This document shows positions 10,047-17,261 of a DNA stretch of 60,169 bases, piece after piece. A model generated the notes under the pieces. It made no database searches, was not told the DNA's origin, and saw only the letters and a list, made by a program, of their open reading frames with translations. Both the position numbers and the translations under genes were made by a program. This DNA comes from Spirochaetales bacterium (lineage in GTDB: Bacteria > Spirochaetota > Spirochaetia > JAFGXN01). Position 1 is the first letter of the stretch. Every line of letters starts with the position of its first letter. The stretch is taken from the NCBI GenBank assembly GCA_016936615.1, contig JAFGXN010000131.1:1-60169 (forward strand). The letters run 5' to 3'.

Positions 10047-10084
10047 AAAAAAAGCACAGCTGTCCCACAAATAAGACAGCTGCT
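10047..10084 (-). terminator. terminator-like hairpin between SCP2-like gene and VOC gene
   Basis: Minus strand GCAGCTGTC-loop-GACAGCTGTGC followed by T7, ending just before the VOC RBS. Confidence 0.6.
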
Positions 10085-10089
10085 CAAAA

Positions 10090-10884
10090 TTATTTGATCA
10101 TTGAACCAACTAGAAGCATGTGATCACCAAGCTGCGCACCAAACTCTGGTCCACCAACCATGGTCAACTTACCTTCGACTGTTGACTTGATCATATCATC
10201 AACTTCCAACAATATACCTAGCGCACTTCGCGGAGAGTCAAACTTCATTGTGAAGAATGGCATACTTCGCTTATAGACACCTCTAGCTGCCCTTGAATTT
10301 CCTGCTTTAATTCTAATATAAGCAGAAAGATCTGGATAACCGTCAACTGCCCAAGCATACACACGGTCTGGACTCTTCTGTGTCCAAGCCTTGATAGCTG
10401 GATGACCAAGTTTGTTCAAAGTACTAATTCCTGATGACAACAGATAGAACATACATCTTGTCAAAAGAGCCTGAGTCTCAACATCCTTAGGTGGTTGTTT
10501 TGCTCCAAGCAATCCAGACATTGTCAACAATGCAGACAAGAACCCGAAGTGACTCAACATCCCTTTTGGAAGAGGTAAAATTTTTCCTTTAAAAAAACCA
10601 TTCATATGCTCTCTTGATTTGAACAAGAGCTCACTAGTAGGCTTTCCGTCAAACACACCTCTTACAACTGTCCAAGCTCCCTCTTCAACTACAAAGTGCA
10701 TAGCCTCTTTCTCACCATTATGCATACAAGCAACCTGGTGCACCGCGCTTTTCCCCTCCCACTTCTTAGCAAGCTTGGGAGTATTCTCGACAATAGTCTT
10801 TAATACAGGAAGTACTGCGTTAAAAAATAGTTTGTTCGAATATAAAGTAGCTTGTTCGTTTGTCATTTCTACATTTTCGCCCAT
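10090..10884 (-). CDS. hypothetical protein with two predicted SCP2-like (lipid-binding) domains
   Basis: Pattern AYIRIKAG...PFFTMKFDS...GIL...DMIKSTVEGKLTMVG resembles the SCP2 signature (two beta strands, then L.G.LD...A...GKL...G); a similar pattern occurs in the N-half. Confidence 0.55.
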   Translation of the reverse strand: MGENVEMTNEQATLYSNKLFFNAVLPVLKTIVENTPKLAKKWEGKSAVHQVACMHNGEKEAMHFVVEEGAWTVVRGVFDGKPTSELLFKSREHMNGFFKGKILPLPKGMLSHFGFLSALLTMSGLLGAKQPPKDVETQALLTRCMFYLLSSGISTLNKLGHPAIKAWTQKSPDRVYAWAVDGYPDLSAYIRIKAGNSRAARGVYKRSMPFFTMKFDSPRSALGILLEVDDMIKSTVEGKLTMVGGPEFGAQLGDHMLLVGSMIK

Positions 10885-10898
10885 TTTACGCCTCCTGA

Positions 10899-11906
10899 TT
10901 AAATTTCATCGTCCCAGTTATCATCTTCCTCAAAATCTGCACCCATAAGCTCTCGAGCTGCAGCAAGAATTCCATTTGCACCATAACCATAGTAGTCCAT
11001 CAAGTCTTCATGAAGACCGATAATTGAGAACACATCTGGAACACCAAGTTTCTTGAAAGCACAAGCCTTACCAGTCTCGACCATAACCTCAGCAACAGCA
11101 GAACCAAGTCCACCATAAATATTATGATCTTCAACAGTAATAATTCTTCTTGTATCATGAACAGCCTTCTTAATTGCATCTGCATCAATTGGCTTGATTG
11201 TATGCATATTAAGAACTCTTGCTCTAATTCCTTCACCTTCAAGAACCTTTGCAGCATCCATAGCTCTAGCAACACAAGCACCAGTAGCGATGATAGTAAG
11301 ATCAGTTCCCTCTTTCATCTCCTGAGCCTTTCCTAGCTCGAATTTACACTCGTCCATAGACTTGTAAACTGGCATGTCAAAACCTCGATTGATTCTCAAA
11401 TAAACAGGACCTGGAGTCTCATAAGCAGCAGCAACTGCCTTTGCAGTTTCAAAACCATCACAAGGGACAATAACCTTACAATTAGCCATAGTTCTCATTA
11501 TTGCGATATCTTCTGTACAGTGGTGAGTAGAACCAGCCTGACCAAAAGAAAGACCTGCATGAGTTGCAATCATCTTTACATTCAAGTTCTGATAACAAAT
11601 ATCAGTGTGAATCTGATCTAGACCTCTCATTGCTGTAAAAATAGCAAATGTTGAAGCAAAAGGAACAAAGCCCATCTGAGCAAGCCCTGCTGCCATACCA
11701 AACATATTCTGCTCAGCAATACCTGCATTAAACAATCTGTCAGAAAACTTATCCAACAAAGCTCCAATCTTAGTAGACTTTGCTAAGTCAGCTGAAAGCC
11801 CAACAACCTTTGAATCTTGTTCAGCAAGCTGAACCAAAGTACTTCCATACATCTCCGCAGTTGTCATGTTAGTAGCTTCAAGCATTGTATAATTTAAATT
11901 AGCCAT
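10899..11906 (-). CDS. split transketolase, C-terminal (pyrimidine-binding/C) subunit
   Basis: ADLAKST, GIAEQNMFG, THAGLSFGQAGSTHH.TED, GPVYLR, TIKPID, TVEDH...GGLG. Confidence 0.92.
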   Translation of the reverse strand: MANLNYTMLEATNMTTAEMYGSTLVQLAEQDSKVVGLSADLAKSTKIGALLDKFSDRLFNAGIAEQNMFGMAAGLAQMGFVPFASTFAIFTAMRGLDQIHTDICYQNLNVKMIATHAGLSFGQAGSTHHCTEDIAIMRTMANCKVIVPCDGFETAKAVAAAYETPGPVYLRINRGFDMPVYKSMDECKFELGKAQEMKEGTDLTIIATGACVARAMDAAKVLEGEGIRARVLNMHTIKPIDADAIKKAVHDTRRIITVEDHNIYGGLGSAVAEVMVETGKACAFKKLGVPDVFSIIGLHEDLMDYYGYGANGILAAARELMGADFEEDDNWDDEI

Positions 11907-12766
11907 TATTTACCCCCCTTTGCTTTTCTTGCATCGTGATAAGCATCGATATCTGCAACAGATTTCTCAACACCAGAAGCATCGATTGACGCATAGTGAT
12001 ACTCGTACTTATCCTGCATCCAACTGATACCACAACCTTTGAAAGTATTAGCAATAATAACAACTGGCTTATCTTTTGCAGCCTTAGCCTTATCAAAAGC
12101 CTCTGCAATCTGATACATATTGTGTCCATCAATCTCCACAACATCAAAACCAAAAGCTCTCCACTTGTCAGCAAATGGCTCAAGCTTCATAACCTCTTCA
12201 GTTGGTCCATCAATCATACATCTGTTTCTATCTACGATAGGAATAACATTTGTAGCTTTAAAATGAGAAATTGCCATTGCAGCTTCCCAGATTGAACCTT
12301 CATCACACTCACCATCACCCATGATAACATAGATGTTTATATCTTTTTTCAAAAGCTTAGCACCAAGAGAATTTCCCAATGCAATAGAAAGCCCATGTCC
12401 AAGAGAACCAGAAGAAGCATCAAGACCTGGAACCTTATTAACATCCAAGTGCATTCCAAGCTTACTCTCTGTATGGTTATAAGTCTTTAACCACTCTTTA
12501 TCAAAAAAACCCTTATCAGCAAGAACTGGAGCATAACCAACTCCAATATGACCTTTACTTACAATAACTCGGTCTCTATCTTCCCATTTAGGATTCTTAA
12601 CATCTACTCTTGCATATTTGTAGTAGATCATTGTCAAAATATCAGTAGCACTCAAAGCACCACCAATATGTCCACCACCAGCCCAACTTACTGTCTGGAC
12701 AGTTAACTTTCTTAACTCTCGTGCCTTATCTTCTAGCATGTTAAAATCTTGTTCAGAAATACCCAT
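11906..12766 (-). CDS. split transketolase, N-terminal ThDP-binding subunit
   Basis: GGHIGGALS, DRVIVSKGH, GSLGHGLS, ThDP motif GDGECDEGSIWEA...DRN; stop overlaps next ATG. Confidence 0.93.
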   Translation of the reverse strand: MGISEQDFNMLEDKARELRKLTVQTVSWAGGGHIGGALSATDILTMIYYKYARVDVKNPKWEDRDRVIVSKGHIGVGYAPVLADKGFFDKEWLKTYNHTESKLGMHLDVNKVPGLDASSGSLGHGLSIALGNSLGAKLLKKDINIYVIMGDGECDEGSIWEAAMAISHFKATNVIPIVDRNRCMIDGPTEEVMKLEPFADKWRAFGFDVVEIDGHNMYQIAEAFDKAKAAKDKPVVIIANTFKGCGISWMQDKYEYHYASIDASGVEKSVADIDAYHDARKAKGGK

Positions 12767-12776
12767 ATAAACCCCC

Positions 12777-14039
12777 TTATTTTCTTAGCTTATCAGGATT
12801 GTTCTTAGCAACAATACTATAAGCAATGTCTGCAATCTCTAAAGTCTTCTTAATATCTGCATCTGTCAACGAGCAGTTTGTGAAATGATTATGATGACTT
12901 ACAAAGAAAGCGCCCCTCTTAGTACACTCAGCACAGAACTCCTGCTGCATAAATAATGAATCTTCATTAGCTATTCTCATATAGAACATAGAAGGAACAC
13001 CAGAGATCTTCATATCTATTCCATAAGATTTGCCAATCTCAACTAGACCTGAAGTTAATTTTTCACCCCTCTCTATCATTATCTTTGGAGCATTTATCTT
13101 TCTCATTTCAGTGATACAAGCAATAGCAGCTGCCATTGGAACCGCACTTGACCAGTAACTTCCAGTAAAGAATACATTTGAAGCTGCGCCCTTAAGCCCT
13201 TCACGACCAACGACAGCAGAGATATTATATCCATTAGCTAAAGCCTTACAGTAACATGCCAAATCTGGCTTGAACCCGAAATACTTAGCACTTCCAGCAA
13301 GATCTAATCTAAAACCACATCGAACATCATCGATAATAAGAATAATTCCATTATCATCACAAATCTTTCGAATAGCCTGCCAGTACCCTTCAGCTGGTAA
13401 AACATTATCCTGAAAAACTCTATGGTCATAAGGACAGCTGATAAAAGCAGCAATTTCCCCCGGATTAGCCTCTACTGCTCTCTTGACAGCCTCTACATCA
13501 TTCCAAGGAACAATAATATTATTAGAAACATCCGCAGTAGCAACTCCAGCATTTCCTCGTCCCTGAGTCCAAGGAGCAACACCATGGTAACCACCTTCAA
13601 CTCGAATAATCTTCTCACGACTAGTCTCTGCTCTTGCTACCATAACAGCAAAAGATGTAGCATCTCCACCATTTTTCATGAAAAAAGACCAATCAGCAAT
13701 TTCGATTGTATCTACTAGCAACTCAGCCAAATCAACCTGAAGAGCACCAGGAAGAGCCATACAGTTACCCTTCTTCATCTGAGCAAGTGCAGCTTGATCA
13801 ACTATGTCATTGTTATAACCAAGTACGTTAGGACCATATGCACACATATAATCTATGTACTCGTTTCCATCAATATCCCAAAAATGCGAATCTTTTACCC
13901 TATCAGCGTAAAAAGGAAAATCGCTAGTTGGAATAAACTGAGACTGTACTGGTCCAAGATGTCCTGGAATACCAGTAGGTAATACCTTTACGGCTCTTTT
14001 AAAAAGCTCGATTGATTTATCGTTTTTATATACTTCCAT
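12777..14039 (-). CDS. class III PLP aminotransferase, FumI/GSA-aminomutase-like
   Basis: DIDGNEYIDY, KNGGDATS, YHG, DDVRCGFR, PDLACYCKALANG (PLP Lys), TGSYWSSAVPMAAAI. Confidence 0.9.
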   Translation of the reverse strand: MEVYKNDKSIELFKRAVKVLPTGIPGHLGPVQSQFIPTSDFPFYADRVKDSHFWDIDGNEYIDYMCAYGPNVLGYNNDIVDQAALAQMKKGNCMALPGALQVDLAELLVDTIEIADWSFFMKNGGDATSFAVMVARAETSREKIIRVEGGYHGVAPWTQGRGNAGVATADVSNNIIVPWNDVEAVKRAVEANPGEIAAFISCPYDHRVFQDNVLPAEGYWQAIRKICDDNGIILIIDDVRCGFRLDLAGSAKYFGFKPDLACYCKALANGYNISAVVGREGLKGAASNVFFTGSYWSSAVPMAAAIACITEMRKINAPKIMIERGEKLTSGLVEIGKSYGIDMKISGVPSMFYMRIANEDSLFMQQEFCAECTKRGAFFVSHHNHFTNCSLTDADIKKTLEIADIAYSIVAKNNPDKLRK

Positions 14040-14051
14040 TTCTAAACTCCC

Positions 14052-14807
14052 CTATGCAAGATAATTAGCAACCATGCCCAAAATTGGATCAATATGTTCT
14101 ACCATTGGGATAAATCCTCTCATAGACATATCACCAAGTCCCATTGCTGTAAAAGTATCAAGCTCATTATTTAAAATTTTATGAGCAACCTCTAAGCTAC
14201 TAAAAGACAAAATTGCTCTTGGATTTGAGCAAGAACTCTTCTTCGCAGTTAATTTTCCACTCTTTACTGAAATTGTAATAGAAGGACCATTAGTTACAGC
14301 CACAAGAAGATCTCCGTCATGCAATTGCTTTGCCTGACTCATACCAGCTGGATCATAATTTGCAATCTCGCACAAGGCATGAAAAGCAGCGTAAGCAGTC
14401 ATCTCAGTATTAGCCTTAAAATAATCTTTATTAGCTAATAACTCTTTTGTTGGCTTTAGGTAAAAGCCTAACTTATCTGCTAACTGAGTAAACGGTCCTG
14501 TAAGAAATCCAATCTTTGTAAAACCCTTTACTGGGATAGGATTTGCTTCCCCGTCTACCATTTTATTAAAATGTTCTGGAGATTTGAAAAACAAGGAAAT
14601 ATTACTCTTGTGTTTTCCATGTTTCATCTCTGCCTTTCCATTATCAAAGGATAAGTTCGCACTTGGACCACCCTTTACATTAAACTGAATAGCAATCTTC
14701 TTACCTGCAACAAGATTTGCACATTCTTTGTCATTTACAACAAGATATTCTATATTCTTCAAAACGCCAAACATATTACATCTTGCTTTCACTGATTGAT
14801 TAACCAT
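14052..14807 (-). CDS. hypothetical protein with two predicted SCP2-like domains
   Basis: IQFNVKGGPSANLSFDNG and ITISVKSG...PRAILSFSS...KILNNELDTFTAMGLGDMSMRG SCP2-like patterns; distant paralog of 10090..10884. Confidence 0.6.
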   Translation of the reverse strand: MVNQSVKARCNMFGVLKNIEYLVVNDKECANLVAGKKIAIQFNVKGGPSANLSFDNGKAEMKHGKHKSNISLFFKSPEHFNKMVDGEANPIPVKGFTKIGFLTGPFTQLADKLGFYLKPTKELLANKDYFKANTEMTAYAAFHALCEIANYDPAGMSQAKQLHDGDLLVAVTNGPSITISVKSGKLTAKKSSCSNPRAILSFSSLEVAHKILNNELDTFTAMGLGDMSMRGFIPMVEHIDPILGMVANYLA

Positions 14808-14840
14808 AAGCCCCCCTAAATCTCTTATTATTTATAATTA

Positions 14841-15956
14841 TTATTTTACTACATTCTCTGTAGCATGATAATCAAAATCAAATGCGTCTGCAACGCCTTT
14901 ACAGGTAATCTTACCCTTGTAGACATTCAATCCGCCAGCTAATGCCTTGTTCATACTGCAAGCAACTTCAACACCATGCTGAGCAAGCAACAAACCATAG
15001 CTCAATGTTGTTCCAGTCAAGGCAACAGTAGAAGTTCTAGCCACTGCACCAGGCATATTTGCAACACAGTAACATACAATACCATCAACAATGAAGACTG
15101 GATCATCGTGATAAGTTGCTTTTGTAATCTCAAAACATCCGCCCTGATCTACAGCAACATCCACCATCACAGCACCTTTCTTCATCAACTTCATATGTTC
15201 ATTTCTAACAACCTTTGGCGCCTTCTTTCCAGGAATCAAGACCGCACCAATAATCACATCAGACTCAGCACAAACCTTTCTAACATTTCCCTCATTACTA
15301 TAAAGAGTCGAAACCCTTCCCCCAAATATATCATCGATATAAGCAAGACGTTGTGCATTTACATCAAGAATTGTAACATCTGCACCAAGCCCAACTGCCA
15401 TCTTTGCCGCATTCAATCCAACAACACCACCACCAATTACAGCAACCTTTCCTCGCTCTACTCCAGGGACACCACCAAGAAGAACTCCTCTTCCACCAAA
15501 TGGCTTCTCAAGATACTTCGCACCCTCTTGAGCACTTAACCTTCCCGCAATCTCACTCATTGGTTTTAGACAAGGCAAAGAACCATCAGCCTCCTGAATA
15601 GTCTCATAAGCGATAGCCTTAACATTACTCTTCAACAAAGCCTCAGTAAGTGGCTTGTCAGCAGCTAGATGCAAGTAAGTATAAATAATCAAATCCTCTC
15701 TGAAATATTTATATTCAGCTTCGAGTGGTTCCTTAACCTTAATAATCATCTCTGAATCAGCCCAAATCTTTGCAGCTGAATCTACAATAGAAGCTCCCGC
15801 CTCGACATACTCTTGATCTGAGAAACCAGCTCCTTCACCTGCTGATTTTTCAATCATCACACTATGTCCTGCTTTAACATAAGCCACTACACTACTTGGT
15901 GTAAGCCCAACCCGGTATTCATGCTTTTTAATTTCTTTTACACAACCTATTTTCAT
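14841..15956 (-). CDS. ald: alanine dehydrogenase
   Basis: [55 protein letters not shown]. Confidence 0.97.
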   Translation of the reverse strand: MKIGCVKEIKKHEYRVGLTPSSVVAYVKAGHSVMIEKSAGEGAGFSDQEYVEAGASIVDSAAKIWADSEMIIKVKEPLEAEYKYFREDLIIYTYLHLAADKPLTEALLKSNVKAIAYETIQEADGSLPCLKPMSEIAGRLSAQEGAKYLEKPFGGRGVLLGGVPGVERGKVAVIGGGVVGLNAAKMAVGLGADVTILDVNAQRLAYIDDIFGGRVSTLYSNEGNVRKVCAESDVIIGAVLIPGKKAPKVVRNEHMKLMKKGAVMVDVAVDQGGCFEITKATYHDDPVFIVDGIVCYCVANMPGAVARTSTVALTGTTLSYGLLLAQHGVEVACSMNKALAGGLNVYKGKITCKGVADAFDFDYHATENVVK

Positions 15957-15980
15957 CTGTTGCCTCCTAGGATAATCTTC

Positions 15981-15996
15981 GAGCGAGCACTCGCTC
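15981..15996. promoter_or_regulatory. palindromic operator, probable TetR site
   Basis: GAGCGAG-CA-CTCGCTC between the ald -10 box and RBS, next to a divergent tetR. Confidence 0.7.
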
Positions 15997-16002
15997 TAAA
16001 TT

Positions 16003-16031
16003 ATTTTAACCTTACCTATTCCATAAAGCAA
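16003..16031 (-). promoter_or_regulatory. sigma70-type promoter of the ald operon
   Basis: Minus strand TTGCTT-N17-TAAAAT; predicted start site falls at the operator edge. Confidence 0.65.
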
Positions 16032-16074
16032 GATTTTTTTTTATAATTAAAGAAAAATCTGGAGTAAAACCGAA

Positions 16075-16752
16075 ATGCAAGATACAAACAGCTCTATTAA
16101 AAAATATTATAAACCGACTTTTGAAAAAATTCCAAGCGAAAAAAGAAAAAGAATCATAGATACTGCAATTTCCGAGTTCGCTGCGAACGGGTACAATGCG
16201 ACAAGTATCAATACAATTGCAAAAAAAGCTTGCATTTCTATCGGTTCTATGTATAGTTACTTTGACTCAAAGGAGAGCCTCTTTATGACCCTGCTTGACC
16301 AAGGGTACAAACTCCTAAGCGAGGCTCTCGGCGAAGTAATAAAAGACAGCGGAGACTTCTACTCGAAGTTCAAAAAATTCCTAAAGATCTCACACAAATA
16401 CGCTACAGACTTCCGAGAGATAAACCAAATATACATCGACATCTCCACAGAGGGCTTAAGCCACCTAGCAAATGAGATGTCTCTCAAGATGGAGAGCGAC
16501 ACCTCCGAAGTCTACCACAAACTCATAGAGCAAGCCAAGTCAGAAGGAATAATTTCCGAAGATATAGACTCCAACATTGCTGCATTCTGCCTCGACAACA
16601 TTGTGATGATGGTTCAATTCTCATACGCATCAGCCTACTATCGTGAACGTATGAAATTTTACCTGCAAACAGACACAATCGAAAATGATGAAGAGATTAT
16701 AAATGGAATAGTTTATTTTATCGAGAATGGATTAAGACCGAGGAACAAATGA
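16075..16752 (+). CDS. TetR/AcrR family regulator
   Basis: IIDTAISEFAANGYNATSINTIAKKACISIGSMYSYFDSKESLF HTH. Confidence 0.93.
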   Translation: MQDTNSSIKKYYKPTFEKIPSEKRKRIIDTAISEFAANGYNATSINTIAKKACISIGSMYSYFDSKESLFMTLLDQGYKLLSEALGEVIKDSGDFYSKFKKFLKISHKYATDFREINQIYIDISTEGLSHLANEMSLKMESDTSEVYHKLIEQAKSEGIISEDIDSNIAAFCLDNIVMMVQFSYASAYYRERMKFYLQTDTIENDEEIINGIVYFIENGLRPRNK

Positions 16753-17240
16753 AAAAAATAATAACAACACAGATTGTAATAGCCCTAATAATTGCCGCAA
16801 ACTTTGCGATAGATCAAGGAACAAAGGCATATGCAGACAAACACCTGAAAAGCTCACCGCGTCAAGAGATTCTCGGAGATTTTCTCGCACTAGAATACGC
16901 AGAGAACACGGGAGCATTCCTCGGCGCCTTTGCAGGATCAAACAAGATATTAAGAATCCTCCTATTGAAAGCCTTTCCCCTATTAACAATCATATTCATC
17001 ACATTTCTAACTTTTTTCTCAAAAAAAATTACAATACTTAACAAGATAAGCTTCGCATTCATCATCGGAGGCGGTCTAGGCAATCTATACGATAGATTTT
17101 TCAGAAATGGCTATGTGATAGATTTTCTCCACATGGATTTCCATCTCTTTCAGACTGGAATATTCAACATTGCTGACCTCTCAATAATGATAGGCTTCGC
17201 CCTGCTTATAATCTCTCTTTTTTCAAAAAAAAAAGACTGA
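16749..17240 (+). CDS. lspA: lipoprotein signal peptidase II
   Basis: DQGTK, ENTGAF, GGGLGNLYDR, VIDF, FNIADL; ATGA overlap with tetR. Confidence 0.93.
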   Translation: MKKIITTQIVIALIIAANFAIDQGTKAYADKHLKSSPRQEILGDFLALEYAENTGAFLGAFAGSNKILRILLLKAFPLLTIIFITFLTFFSKKITILNKISFAFIIGGGLGNLYDRFFRNGYVIDFLHMDFHLFQTGIFNIADLSIMIGFALLIISLFSKKKD

Positions 17241-17261
17241 CCATACAGCCAGCCTTTAATA

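Noticed and set aside
10899-12766. Calling the split transketolase a frameshifted pseudogene, or DXS / pyruvate dehydrogenase E1
   Set aside because: The second gene has its own GGGGG RBS and a TAATG stop-start overlap; two-subunit transketolases are common; motifs match transketolase
12777-14039. Calling the aminotransferase hemL
   Set aside because: HemL signature motifs are missing and no tetrapyrrole genes are nearby
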